Assembly (NCBI GenBank): GCA_965222225.1
Contig: CBDCTK010000002.1
Span: forward strand, 928,001 to 992,000
Reading direction: 5' to 3'
DNA length: 64,000 nucleotides
DNA from: Candidatus Poribacteria bacterium
GTDB taxonomy: Bacteria > Poribacteria > WGA-4E > JAJDTR01
The notes under the pieces are model-generated. The model was not told where the DNA came from. It saw only the letters and a program-made list of their open reading frames with translations, and searched no databases. This document shows, piece by piece, positions 10,472 through 21,927 of this stretch. Position 1 is the first letter of the stretch. Every line of letters starts with the position of its first letter. Both the position numbers and the translations under genes were made by a program.

Positions 10472-11257
10472 ACTGTCGCCTTCGCAGCCCCAGATAAGCC
10501 CACTCTCTTCGTAGAGCATATTTCACGCCAGGCATGGCGTTGCATCCGAAAAATGGGACTCGTTAAGACAGTTGATGCCCACTGCTTTGATGCTTTCGTC
10601 TTTTTCAACTTCCTGCTTTACGGCAATATAGACCTTAATCGCGCTGTAGAGCGCCCTCTTGGAGAGTTCGCTGCTAACGTTCAGTTTTGATTGACACCCT
10701 TTCCATGCTGCTTCTGCTTCCTCATCGGGGAGCTGTTTGGCTCTGGCACCCAGCTCCTCAAAGCTCTTCTTCACGAGCGTAAAGCCAAACTTGTCAGTCA
10801 TTCGCTGGACACATTCATCCTCCCACCAGTAGAAGCGTTTGAATATGCTGTCTTGGAAGCCTGATTCGGCTGGTTTGTCCTGGAATACAAGGAACCTGGT
10901 CTGCCTCAGGTCGCTTTTCACACCAAACCCTCGGCAGACCTTTTTGGCCTGTTCCAGATTACACGGAGCAATAGTCTCTACCCCTTCGGTTCTCAGATAG
11001 CTGGCGATCTCCCAATCCCACATGGAAATTGTTCCGAACTCAGATGCAACAATAAGCAGGGGAAGCCCAATCTGCTTAAAGTCTCCCCGAATTTGTGGAA
11101 AAACAACAGCCTCAGCGTCAGGAATGGGATCACCCAACGCCACGGGAGCTAGTATCTCTGCTTCTTCAGCAAGCAGATTCCTCAACGTGTTTACCTGATC
11201 GTCAAATCCACTATCTCTACCAGGATCAAAATAGACTGGAACCAATCGCGCTTTCAC
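10472..11257 (-). pseudogene. L-fucose/arabinose isomerase-like protein, internal TGA at 10523-10525 and truncated
   Basis: GINCLNESHF..TPCLA*NMLYEESGLIWGCEGD continues in frame past the stop; GTG start at 11257. Confidence 0.6.
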
Positions 11258-11328
11258 AATCCTTGTCCTTGCATAATGTAAGAGGCGAGCAATTAGCAGT
11301 GAACAATCGCTAATCACTCATAATAGGC

Positions 11329-12189
11329 TTACAGCTTCGCGCCTTGCTCTCGCAAGTAGTTGACACTCATCTCAACAGCCCGATCCTCTTCCCACTCTTC
11401 TCTCAGGCAGTCTAGCTCTACAGCGAGTACACCTTCATACCCCGCGTCCTTCAGAACTTTCATGACACCGGGTATATCCACGAGGCCTTTGCCTGCGGGG
11501 ACACTCTCCCAGAAATTCCACTCCTGGGGAGAACCGCCTCTCTTTGGACTTACATCCTTTATATGAGTGGCATAGATATGAGGAGCCAGTATCTTAGCCT
11601 CCTCCACTGGGTCCTCAAACAGGCGCAGGGCGTTGCCAGTATCGAAGTTTACCCCCAAATTCTTGGAGCCGACTCTATTTATCAGATCGAGGATCTCACT
11701 TGCGGTATAGTCAATGTGGTTTTCTATGGCAATGATGACACCTTTGTCCTCTGCCACCTTCACCGCTTCTTTCAGCATCTGTGTCAGCTTCTTCAGTTGA
11801 GGCTCATGCGGCTCGTACCTGAACATCAGGCTGCTCCCGACCATTCTCATGATCCTGGAACCACCCATGAACTGGGCAGTATCTATCATCTTGATCATGT
11901 CTTTGAGGGCTTCGTCGTTCTTACCAGCTTCAAGACCATCTGGATGTCCCCATGCCACTACCCTGTCCATGTTAGCCTCATCCAGGATGTCCTTTATCTT
12001 CTTCAGATAGTCTTCTTCAAAACTTGGAATAAAGCACGTCTCCAAAGACACGCCGTCTATTTTGAGCTCAATGGCTCTTTTAATGAAATCTTCCAATGAC
12101 CACGTCTTTCCGGGGTCTTTCTGGAAATCGTATACTTCGCCAAAGTAACGATGGTAGCAGTAGCTATCAATTCCGACCTTCATTTGCAT
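11329..12189 (-). CDS. Sugar phosphate isomerase/epimerase (IolE-like TIM barrel)
   Basis: IENH, NFDTGN, THIKD, GKGLVD, AVELD. Confidence 0.9.
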   Translation of the reverse strand: MQMKVGIDSYCYHRYFGEVYDFQKDPGKTWSLEDFIKRAIELKIDGVSLETCFIPSFEEDYLKKIKDILDEANMDRVVAWGHPDGLEAGKNDEALKDMIKMIDTAQFMGGSRIMRMVGSSLMFRYEPHEPQLKKLTQMLKEAVKVAEDKGVIIAIENHIDYTASEILDLINRVGSKNLGVNFDTGNALRLFEDPVEEAKILAPHIYATHIKDVSPKRGGSPQEWNFWESVPAGKGLVDIPGVMKVLKDAGYEGVLAVELDCLREEWEEDRAVEMSVNYLREQGAKL

Positions 12190-12209
12190 CCTTCCTGAGC
12201 TTTGCTGCT

Positions 12210-13370
12210 CTATAGAACGACTTTCGCGCCTTTCTCAGCGGACTCCATAACAGCGTCCATTACCTGCTGATTCCTCAAGCCATCATAGAAATTCGGCTCA
12301 GGCATAGTATCCTCTGCTATGCATTTTAAGAAATCCGACAACTGATTAACGAAGGTATGTTCGTATCCAATAATATGTCCCGGCGGCCACCATTCGCTGA
12401 TATACGGATGGCACTCCTCTGTAGCGAGGATCCTTCTGAACCCCTGAGTATAATCCGCTTCCTCTCGCGAGAAATACTGGAGTTCATTCATGCTCTCAAA
12501 GTTGAAGCAGAGGCTTCCCTTGCTTCCATATATCTCGAAGCTGTTGTAGTTCTTTTTGCCAGAAGCGAATCTAGTGGACTCAAAAGACCCCACAGTTCCA
12601 TTCTCAAACTCAGCGAGGAACGAAGTAGTATCATCTACTGTCACCTCTCCCATGCTTTCGCCTGCTTCTGCCGTCAACATGGTCTTGAGTTCGTCGCTCT
12701 CGCTTGGCAGAGGCCGTTTCTTGATGAAAGTGTGCGCCATTCCAAGCACAGTCTTTATCTCACCTACAAGATACCTGGCGAGATCGATCAGATGAGAGTT
12801 TAGATCCCCGTGCGCTCCTGCTCCTGCTATTTCCTTTCTCAGCTTCCATATCAGCGGGAAGTCCTCGTCCACTATCCAATCCTGGAGATAGCACGCCCGT
12901 CAGTGGAATATTCTCCCTATCCTGCCTTCTTCTATCAGCCTTTTCGCCAAGCCGATGGCTGGCACGCGCCGATAGTTGAAGCCGATCATGTGCTTGACGC
13001 CCGCTTTCTTGACTGCGTCCAGCATCTCCTGGGCTTCCTGGGCGTTCATGGCCATAGGTTTCTCCAGAAGGACGTGTTTGCCAGCCTCGGCGGCTGCTAC
13101 AGCGATATCGCGGTGTGTATTCTGCGGCGAAGATATATCCACTAGGTCTATATCATCCCTTTTGACGATATCCTCCCATGAAGTATCATATTCCTCCCAA
13201 CCCCAGGCTTCTGCGGCCTCCTCAAGCGGAGCTTCGTGCCGGCCGCAGATCACCTTCATGACAGGCTTATACTCGCCCTTGAAAAAGAAGTCCACTCTCT
13301 TGTATGCATTGGTATGAGCTTTACCCATGAACTTATAGCCGATTAGTGCCACATTGATTGGTTTGGCCAT
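12210..13370 (-). pseudogene. Gfo/Idh/MocA oxidoreductase interrupted by one in-frame TGA (12900-12902)
   Basis: EKPMA, GFNYR in N-half; IFH*RACYLQDW continues in the same frame into GAHGDLNSHLIDL, WWPPGHIIGYEH. Confidence 0.88.
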
Positions 13371-13489
13371 ATCTAAGCCTCCTTAACGTGATGGAGTAGC
13401 AGGCTTCAGCCTTCGTTAAGGGACGCCATTTCTGTACACTTAAGGGGAATAGCCCGCTTTTTGCTTTGGCTATCGCGTCGCACAGGAGA

Positions 13490-13695
13490 TTCACGCTGAC
13501 TTCGTATCGCAGATAGGCGCAGATAAGATCAAAAGATCAGCGAAAATCAGCTTGCGTAGGAACACGGCAAAGAAAGATGGTTCGCTAATTCTCACAGGTA
13601 CCAATATGGGGACAATCCCCCATACCCCTGAAGAGCTGATGAACGCTGATAAAGAAATCAAGAAATCAGCGTTACGAAGTCCGCGCAGATCAGCG
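13490..13695. repeat. Degenerate CGCAGAT/CGCTGA...ATCAGCG short-repeat intergenic tract
   Basis: CGCAGATAGGCGCAGATAAG, GATCAGCGAAAATCAGC, AACGCTGAT...AAATCAGCGTT, CGCAGATCAGCG. Confidence 0.45.
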
Positions 13696-13914
13696 GGCCA
13701 TTCTTCCTATTTCTATAAGCTTCGGCTAATTTCATTGACCTTTACCCCTGTTGTTTTTGTAGCCTAATCTTTTCAGTCATAGTACTAATACCTGTGACCC
13801 TACTTTGCAACCCCTACAGCTACTATATTCTCAGGATTTTCTCCGCTCACAGAACGGGAAAATTGACCTGAAGAGGTGTCACGGATAAATGACAGCTAAA
13901 GTATACCATATTGT

Positions 13915-14699
13915 GGTAGTCCTAAAACAATTAAGGATGCATTGTAATGATGAACAAAGAGCCAAATGGCGCCGATATGATTCTCCAGCTTCTTGGAAAA
14001 GGAGAGTGTTTTTCGAACCAGTCGGCTGATCCTTTGCCTGATGGTGCAATTAAAGCGCTCGATATAACTGGTTTGGCCGGTTTCTTTGCCAACTGGACGA
14101 TGTCGTTTGCTGGGAATGACAGTCTGATAGGCTTCCCAGAAATCGGTGTAACAGACGGCACATTGCCGATAAACAGGAGTTATCGACGCCCATAATTGTC
14201 TGGCCCCATCTCGATCGCGGCTACCAACATGTACGCCAACAATCAGATGGCTTTCGATATCTATGGCCAGCCAGATCCATTGTTTGTTCTTCTTGTGACC
14301 CACAAACGACCACATTTCATCACATTGTAGGGTTAAGCGTCCCTTTTTTTTCAATTTCCACTTTGTGGGCAACGGCTTGATACTTCTGGTTCACATATTT
14401 TTGCAGCCAGACCTCAGACACACCGACGACTCTAGCAATACCCGCGAGTGGGATTTTTTCCAACAACAGCTTGTCCACGAGAGCTTTGGTTTCTTGTGAA
14501 ATCCGTTTCTGTTGTGGATTTTTACAAATTGTCTGCCGCATTTTGGGCATTTGAAATTCTGTTTCCCATTATGGATTCGCCCATTCTTAACGACACGCTT
14601 ACTGTTACAACTGGGACAGTTTGGCACCCTAAAGTTCCTCCAAATTCAGTGATATACATTTAGGATACCATATTTGATCCTTACATGTTAGGCACTACC
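13915..14699 (-). mobile_element. IS1-family element (785 bp) with 8-bp TSD CATATTGT
   Basis: TIRs GGTAGTCCTAAAACAATTAAGGAT / GGTAGTGCCTAACATGTAAGGAT; InsA Zn finger CPSC..CPKC, InsB CDEMWSFVG, YTDFW, IERFN; A8 slippery tract at 14344-14351 plus an extra frameshift near 14520. Confidence 0.93.
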
Positions 14700-14789
14700 C
14701 ATATTGTGCCAATCATTTAGGAGGGCAGGTGTGCGATCTTGACAGTCTTCACGAAATGGAATTTGAGTGACGTAAAGAACAAGAGATTA

Positions 14790-15581
14790 TCAACAGTCAG
14801 CGTCTATCTGGTGGATTCCATGCCAATCCCTCCACATATCCTCACAAGGGGGCTCATCGGTTGTTTTTTCGAGGTCTTTTTTGCAGAAGTCGTACAACAC
14901 CGCTTTTCGGATGCGCTTCGACCGATTGTGACCCGCTGAATGGCCCAACCGGTGATGCCAAAAGATGATGTCGCCCGCTCCACCATGACAATCGACATAA
15001 GGTTGCTGGTTGAAGAAGGCAACATGTTTCTCATATTGCTCGGTCTGTTCGTTTCCATGTTGGGTGTGATAATCATAATAGAACGTCCGATGGCTCTTGG
15101 GCCAGACCCAAAATCCACCGCCGTTTGGAGGTACATCATCGATATATCCGACCACACCGAGGTGGAATGGGTGAGCATCAGTATGGCAGGTCACAGGTCT
15201 CTGTGGAATATTGCCTTCGGGAAGAAGGCAATAAATGCCACGAATTCGTTCCGGGACGACGAGATTACCTTCACCCAGAAGCTGCTCGGCCATTCCCCAA
15301 ATTGAAGGATCAGTCACAAGCATTCGCACAATCCAATCTTCACCACCGATTCCTTTATACTTCCAGCTATACTCGCTTCCCCTATTCCCCGTACCCTCCT
15401 CATTATACGTTTTAATTGGTCCGACCCATGTGTCGGGGTCATTGCAGTCAACTTCAGGCGGTGCATTTTCCCACAATCTTTCCCGTGCCCGAGCCATGAG
15501 ATTTTCATCCATAACCCTGCGTTTGATAAGATAGCCTTTCTTTTTGAAAAATCTGATTTCGTTGGGGGATAACCTCGTCAT
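14790..15581 (-). CDS. Phytanoyl-CoA dioxygenase (PhyH) family Fe(II)/2OG oxygenase
   Basis: FFKKKGYLI, HTD, PKSH, GDIIFWH..LGHS..N. Confidence 0.88.
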   Translation of the reverse strand: MTRLSPNEIRFFKKKGYLIKRRVMDENLMARARERLWENAPPEVDCNDPDTWVGPIKTYNEEGTGNRGSEYSWKYKGIGGEDWIVRMLVTDPSIWGMAEQLLGEGNLVVPERIRGIYCLLPEGNIPQRPVTCHTDAHPFHLGVVGYIDDVPPNGGGFWVWPKSHRTFYYDYHTQHGNEQTEQYEKHVAFFNQQPYVDCHGGAGDIIFWHHRLGHSAGHNRSKRIRKAVLYDFCKKDLEKTTDEPPCEDMWRDWHGIHQIDADC

Positions 15582-15593
15582 ACGTTTTGCACC

Positions 15594-16130
15594 TTATATC
15601 TTACAGATTACGCTTATGAGGTTAGGGCTCAGTTCCTCTGGCTCCCTTGCCACGCTGCTTATCCTTACCTCGTCCAGCCGTCCTATCCACTTGAGTGAAC
15701 GTTCGTTTCTGGCGCCAAGTACCAGGTCGCGTCCCTTGCCACCACTTACCCATATCTCTCCTTCATGTTCCTTTTCACCAACAAGCTCCCCGTTTACGTA
15801 CAGCTTCCCTCCTTCGTCTTTATGGTAAGTAGCGGCGATGTGATACCACTCATCCAGTTCAAGTTTATCTGGGCCAGTAATACTCATCCAGCCCTGTGGA
15901 TCCATAGCAGCATCAGTTCCAGTGTCCATGAGGATATCCGGCCATCCGCCATCCCTACTAGCTAGATGAAGTGGTCCACCATCACGCACACTACCCCAGC
16001 AGGGCAATCTGGGCAAAAGCATTTGTATGCAAGATAAGAATTACCGTTGCTACCAAGACGAAAGATTTAATCAAGCTCCCCAAAAATAGCATAATCTTTA
16101 CCTCCTCCGCATCGAGTGGCACTATCAAAA
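15594..16130 (-). pseudogene. LamG domain protein remnant
   Basis: WYHIAATY, LYVNG, GRLDEVRISSVAR; disrupted N-terminus and missing WGxIK tail. Confidence 0.7.
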
Positions 16131-16224
16131 ATTAAATGCCAATATTGGATTAAACCACTGACATGGGGAAAATCCCCCATGCCCCTGAAGAATAAAGCAC
16201 TTCTTGTTTTCTCTTTCACCTCCC

Positions 16225-18120
16225 CTAATACCACCATATAGCATACGTGGGCACTTTAAAAACAATGCCGATTATTGACCAAATACTTCCCATAGTAAAA
16301 TCGCCCAGAATCAATCCAGTGAAGAATGGGACAGCTCGTCTATGAAGTTTCAATCCCCCAAATCTGAGGATCGACCACTTAGCAAGCCAACTGAGGAATA
16401 TGGGGAACCACGTACAGCTAATTCCCCAACTGGCCGAGAGCGCGTAACCTGCAGGATGAAACAGCCACCAGACAAATCTGGTTCTCATAGCTGTAAGAAA
16501 TACTACAGCCAGGACTCCACTGGTCAGAAATCCTGCATCGGAAAGACTTGCATGAGTAGGATTGTTAATCCATCCTTGGAGCCTTCCGAAGGCCTCTCTT
16601 CCTAGCCATACAACGCTGTTTTCCATTCCAGTTTTGTAAGATATGTGCAAAAGAGCCCAGGCGGCGGACAATATACCTACTACTGTAGCAAATATAATCC
16701 CTAGCATCATTGTTCTGCTGCTCATATAAGCCCTTTCTGCAAGCTTGAATCCTTCCAGTTGATGTGGCATAGGGTCACTGTATCTAGCCCTATTCAGAAA
16801 CCAGAAAAATGAATACATGGTTAAGTTGTTGGGCCCAAGCATGCGCGTCCCCAATATCTGCGGTATCAGGTAGTCCGGGCCACCGGGAAGATCATGCACA
16901 ATGGGGCCAACTTCAGCTCGCATACGGGTAATGGACACGGCCAGGAGCAAATACATGGAGAAGAACAGGACGATAGCCCATACTGACATTCCCGCTGAGT
17001 AGAAAAATATCAGGATAAAGACCAATGCGCATATTAACCCAAGAACTGCTGTCCTGTATTTGAAGGGTTCGGTGGAATCGTCTAAATGTTCAGATCGTAA
17101 GTTTATGACTTTCTTGAACACGCAACTGATTTGACGCCTGCTCATCCAGAGAGCAACTAAGCCGAGACCCAGGAACCCGCCTGATGTCTGTTCTAAGATT
17201 ATTGGTTGATAATAACCAGCGCCCGCGCCCTTATACCCCACAAATGAAAAGAAGATCATCTGAACTTTCCAGAACAGGTAGAAGAACCAGAGGGAAAACG
17301 AAAGATCCAATGGTATAAAGAACGCCATACCTATGGCGAAAGGGAAAAATCCTACTGGAGTCCAACCTATTGCGTTCCATGGCTTCTCCACAAAGTAATG
17401 ACCGATCTCGTAAAGCTTGACGTGGAGATAGGGAACGGAGGGGAAAAGAGTATGCAACCCATTGATCAGATCTACAACTGCAACTATGGCAAAACCTATC
17501 CACATCACTTTGTTTTTGAAGAAATTCGGCATCCCGCCGGCCATCTCGTAGGGAAGCTGGATTATTGGATATGTTAGTTTCTCTCTTTCTACCCATTGCT
17601 TTCTGAGTATTATATTGATGCAGAGCATCGCGAAGAGGAGAGCGAATATGAACCCTCCCCATGCCAGCATAGGCCCGGCCCATGCCTTGATATACTTCAA
17701 TGCATAAAATGTTGAATCACCTTCGTAATACGGTTTGAGAACGCTCTTATCACTTACGGAGAGCCAATCGGGAATATGTCGCCAAAAGAGGTTCTCCCAA
17801 TCATTCTCTGGTGTCGCAAACCAGAAAGCGTGCCCCATGGTGGAGATCAAGTTCTGCGTCATCGCATGGGCAGCGATGCACGAGGATATACACAGGATTG
17901 TGTATAGTATTAGCAGTTCGCGTGTACCTAGCGCAAAACGTCGAAAATATCTCTTCAGAATCAGGTTTACTGCGGCTAGGATTGATATTATGAAAACTAC
18001 ATTGGAATAGAGCGAAACTGTGGTGGGATAAGGTACAAACCGCACCGCCTCCGTCTGCATAATCCAATAACTGTTTATTGGAATTAAAAGAACCGCGAGT
18101 ATTAGAGCACGGAGTGTCAT
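16225..18120 (-). CDS. DUF6785/DUF6784-like polytopic membrane protein (putative peptide transporter)
   Basis: ATPENDW, RKQWVEREKLTYPIIQLP, ITRMRAEVG, MPHQLEGFKL, WWLFHPAGY, GLILGDF; many TM segments; paralog at 32194. Confidence 0.8.
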   Translation of the reverse strand: MTLRALILAVLLIPINSYWIMQTEAVRFVPYPTTVSLYSNVVFIISILAAVNLILKRYFRRFALGTRELLILYTILCISSCIAAHAMTQNLISTMGHAFWFATPENDWENLFWRHIPDWLSVSDKSVLKPYYEGDSTFYALKYIKAWAGPMLAWGGFIFALLFAMLCINIILRKQWVEREKLTYPIIQLPYEMAGGMPNFFKNKVMWIGFAIVAVVDLINGLHTLFPSVPYLHVKLYEIGHYFVEKPWNAIGWTPVGFFPFAIGMAFFIPLDLSFSLWFFYLFWKVQMIFFSFVGYKGAGAGYYQPIILEQTSGGFLGLGLVALWMSRRQISCVFKKVINLRSEHLDDSTEPFKYRTAVLGLICALVFILIFFYSAGMSVWAIVLFFSMYLLLAVSITRMRAEVGPIVHDLPGGPDYLIPQILGTRMLGPNNLTMYSFFWFLNRARYSDPMPHQLEGFKLAERAYMSSRTMMLGIIFATVVGILSAAWALLHISYKTGMENSVVWLGREAFGRLQGWINNPTHASLSDAGFLTSGVLAVVFLTAMRTRFVWWLFHPAGYALSASWGISCTWFPIFLSWLAKWSILRFGGLKLHRRAVPFFTGLILGDFTMGSIWSIIGIVFKVPTYAIWWY

Positions 18121-18445
18121 ATGGACAAGCCAGTAGGGGGTTTTTGCATATCCCCCCGAAAAGGTACATTGAGGGGATCAAACGATTAGAGCGTATACCA
18201 TAGCGGGATTTATGTTGCCTTGATTTCTCCTTTGTTTATGCGGTTATTGCTACATTTGAGCCAGAAGTTAACCGACATGAGTCTCAGAAAGCCTACATTT
18301 TGAGAAGGTCAGATTCCGTGTCTCATTAAATGTCTCATAATTCGATTCTCAGATCGTCTAAGAAATAATGAAACATCAGATGGTTACAGGGCGGAACTCA
18401 TGATCGCTTCGGGAACGCATTCCCCTAGTGCACCTTTTCGTGGGT

Positions 18446-18769
18446 TTATGCAAAAAAACCCGTCTTGCCTGGCGCTTTGAGCCACATTTCCACGGTCATG
18501 GCGGTTGGCCCGGTTAGATCTGGCGAACCCGGCACAAGTGCCATATCAGGCTCACCGCCAAGTTCCAGAGCCATACCATACTTGCCTTCTACCCAACCAA
18601 CATCACCTTCAATGGTACCATGGTGCCCATTGCCGCTGCTGTCCTTCAGTGTTATCCCACCTCCTTCATCACACAGCCAGAGAGCGATAGTCTCTGCCCT
18701 CGCCAAAGCGGAGAAGCGCATCACCGGTCCTGCTGCCAATAGTCCAAATGTTGAGTTCCTCCGCCACAT
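18446..18769 (-). pseudogene. LamG domain protein N-terminal fragment
   Basis: TIALWLCDEGGG...DSSGNGHHG...GKYGMALEL...MTVEMW then abrupt end. Confidence 0.75.
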
Positions 18770-18861
18770 GCTACCACCTCCTCGTCTAATAGGCTGCGAC
18801 TGTCGCAGGGACGGAAAACGGCACCCTAATCCGGATGAGCAGCCGCTTGCTCTTCTGAAAT

Positions 18862-19890
18862 TCATGAGATTCTCGTCCAATCGAAAACCACGCTCTGATA
18901 TTTTTCTTTCTCATTCAAAAGGCCAAGATATCCCGATTCTGCATCTTCTGGGGACAGCAAATGACTTCGCAGTGGAGTGACATTGATCTGCTTTCGTGCC
19001 AGGAGGTTCATTGCATGTTGGAGGTTCTGTAAGACACTTCCACGTGCGAAATTGGTTGGGCGTGTGGGTACCTCCCATTCCGAGCCGCCCCGTATATGCA
19101 AAGTGTTGTTGAAAACAGGTTGTAACAGTTCCGACATACTAAACTTGGTACTACTAAGCCATGGCACACCAACGAGAACTATCTCAGCTCCGATGGCTGC
19201 AATGTCGGTAGCACCTTTCACCGCGCTGGCTGTGCCACTTGTATCCACCACCAGCTTGCACGGCACTGATCCAAGTTCCTCACTCCATCCCGCCGCCAAG
19301 TCACCATCTGGCGAGAGTGTGTGCCGCAGACCACAAGCTTCAGCCAGATTTCGGCGCAGTTCCATAGGTTCGATGCCTATCACCTCATATCCTGATGCCT
19401 GAAATACCTGCGCTGCCGTGTTGCCCACAACTCCCAATCCGAAAACCGCCACACCATCACCGGGTCGTGCAGTTGTGGTGCGGAGAGTTGTCATACTTAC
19501 GCTGCAAAATCTAACGTACACAGCATCCTCTGGCAGAACAGAGTCAGGAACTTTCACAAGAAGCGCGCGTTTGCTATCCACACGGTGATGAGAAGCGTGC
19601 CCCACTGGTGAAAATACTATGTCTCCGACCCGGAAGCCCGTTACTTCATCCCCCGCCGCTACTATCTTTCCTACCGCAGCATATCCTGAACCAGCGGGGT
19701 ATGGCTCGCCCTTCCAGTGACCTATATCCTGGTTATTTGTCAACCGGGCCAATTCCGTACCCGAACTGACACCCGAATATAATGTCTCTATCACCAGTTC
19801 AGATTCGCCGGGTGGGCTATCATCGAATTCGTAAGTATCCAATACAACGCGCAGCTTCTCGGGAAACATAACCCGGTATGCTTTTTTCAT
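18862..19890 (-). CDS. Zinc-binding (MDR) alcohol dehydrogenase family protein
   Basis: SGVSSGTE, GYAAVG, VFGLGVVG, VVDTSG; start MKKAYRV at 19890. Confidence 0.88.
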   Translation of the reverse strand: MKKAYRVMFPEKLRVVLDTYEFDDSPPGESELVIETLYSGVSSGTELARLTNNQDIGHWKGEPYPAGSGYAAVGKIVAAGDEVTGFRVGDIVFSPVGHASHHRVDSKRALLVKVPDSVLPEDAVYVRFCSVSMTTLRTTTARPGDGVAVFGLGVVGNTAAQVFQASGYEVIGIEPMELRRNLAEACGLRHTLSPDGDLAAGWSEELGSVPCKLVVDTSGTASAVKGATDIAAIGAEIVLVGVPWLSSTKFSMSELLQPVFNNTLHIRGGSEWEVPTRPTNFARGSVLQNLQHAMNLLARKQINVTPLRSHLLSPEDAESGYLGLLNEKEKYQSVVFDWTRIS

Positions 19891-19897
19891 TTTTCCA

Positions 19898-20246
19898 CCT
19901 TCTTGTTCGGGTAAGGGCATAGGGATCAGGGGTTTCCCTATTCCCTTCCGGCCTCCATCCCCTCAAGCATCTTGAAAGGAAGGCAATACTCTTTCGCAAA
20001 CCTGAGAACTCCTCTTCTCTACCTTCGAACTCTATCATCCAGTAGCCACCGAAGCCTGTCTTCTTTACTATGTTCACGAGCCTGGCAGTATCCCATTCCG
20101 GTTGTTCACCATTCTCGTCGAAGTCATGCATCTTCGGGTGGATCTGCTTGGCAAAAGGAGCCACTTTTTCTATGGCTTGATAGCGAATATCTGCCCGAAA
20201 ATTGCCGAAGTCGGGCACCGTTCCGATGTGATCACCATTAATTCTC
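19898..20246 (-). pseudogene. 5'-truncated duplicate of the 1862-2665 isomerase (duplication copy 2), cut by IS1
   Basis: Identical PDFGNFRADIRY...KSIAFLS peptide; ends at the IS1 TIR. Confidence 0.92.
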
Positions 20247-21045
20247 GAGAGTGTTCACACAAAGATAGATAAGGCAATCTTCTGATATCGACGGAAGACC
20301 TCTGGGTCGCTCAAAGCAGTCCATAACTTCATGGCATTGTCCACCATCTCAAGTTTCTTGGATACTATTTTGGTGCGGCGTGTGAATCGTCCAAGATGAT
20401 GGCGTGTATTGCTGTTATCACGTTCGACTGTTGCTGTCCCTGATTTCCCGATGTGATGACGCTCCGCAGGAAGTACCTTGCCAAACGCTTCCCAATTGTC
20501 AGTGTAATACTGGCAATCGCTCAAGTGTTTCACTTTGTCGAATAGCCGTCTGAAAGTATGAGCATCACGACCACCGATAACCCAGGCAACGGTTTTGCCT
20601 GTTTCACGAGAAACTGCTTTGTGAATCCATCTTTTGTTTTTTTTGACCCGATAAAATGCCACATCTCATCAAATTCCAATTCACGGGTATTGATTGGAAT
20701 CTCAGGCTCCGACAACAGGGCTGCTTCCTTTGCAAGCCATTTTTGAACGGTGCTTGCGATACATTAAACAAGTTACCAATAGTGCCATAAGATGCTTTTG
20801 CAAGCGAGTAAAGAATTACTGCAAAAGCACGCTTGATGGTGGTTTGAGGGTTGGTTCTCTCGTCTCCCTCAACGAAATTATAACCGCACGTTTTACAACG
20901 GTATCGCTGTTTGGAACGAACGAATCCGTTTTTCGTGACTTCCGAACTATGACAGTTCTTACAGTTTGACATAATATCTCCTTCCTGACCTTTCTGGTTA
21001 GTTAGAAGAGTTATATCATAAATCTATCTATATGGCAATACTCTC
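20247..21045 (-). mobile_element. IS1-family element (799 bp), no TSD
   Basis: TIRs GAGAGTGTTCACACAAAGATAGAT / GAGAGTATTGCCATATAGATAGAT; InsA CKNC..CKTC, InsB FDEMWHFIG, YTDNW, VERDN; frameshifted. Confidence 0.9.
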
Positions 21046-21689
21046 ATGACAGCTTTTCTAGTGTCCGTACCTCTATGTAGCGCTCCCGCGTGAAAGGTTC
21101 GATTTTCAAAGATTAAGCAATCGCCGGGCTGTAGACTGGGTTCGACCACATTTAGGGGATCCGCACGTCCGTCAGGAATATCAGGTTGGCCGATTAGATG
21201 ATTGCTACCGGGAGCGATCATGGTTGCACCGCGGTTCCGCATGGTTAAATCGGTCAAATAGAAGGCGCACTTTACCAGAAGGCGCGGAATCGCCGCGTTC
21301 CCAAAGTCTCTGGTTGCCCGAAGATAATCCCGATGCCACCCCGGATGACGACGTGAATCCGGATACTCCTCCGGATCAGGGTGTTTGTCGATCAGATGAG
21401 ATGTCATCACATGTAGATTGGCGCCGAGTAGTTGAACAACTATTGGCAGGATTTTGGCGTGATCGATTAAGGATATAAACGTGTCGTCCAGAGTAACTAC
21501 ATTGCGAAATCCATCGTACGATTCCCCCAAGCGCTGTCTATTTTCGGTCAGATTACTGTTAATCAAGCAATTCCCCGCTTCAATCAGACCGGCAATGGAT
21601 TTGTCGTCAAGCGCTTTGCGCACAATCAGATAACCGTTTTGGTCAAAGAAATCGGTGTCTACTTCGTGAGCGGAGGTGCATTCGAGCAT
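21046..21689 (-). pseudogene. PhyH-family dioxygenase, C-terminus truncated by IS1
   Basis: FFDQNGYL, WHRD, PGSN, PGDCLIF..RTFH..R; reading frame runs into the IS TIR. Confidence 0.82.
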
Positions 21690-21927
21690 AAATCTTGTGT
21701 TTTCTGAGAAAAGGACAATTAACTACGGTTTGTTCTCGTTAGGGCTCATGGGCTAACGCATCAAAGTAGCAATCTGACTATAAGAAGTGCCAAGTCTTTT
21801 GGTGTCTTACCATAACGACGAGACTTGCTAGGTCGGTTTGTATGTTTACATGACCCAAGAGTTAGCATGAAGTTTTTATAATACACAGCGTACTTGAGCT
21901 TGTCAAGTAGAGAAGTAGACGAGTCAC

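Noticed and set aside
14510-14530. Second programmed frameshift in IS1 InsA
   Set aside because: A single missing A in an A5 run, more likely a mutation or homopolymer error than programmed slippage.
18260-18430. Sigma54-type regulatory region upstream of or near the DUF6785-like gene
   Set aside because: Only weak TGTCTCA repeats and no convincing TGGCAC-N5-TTGC box.
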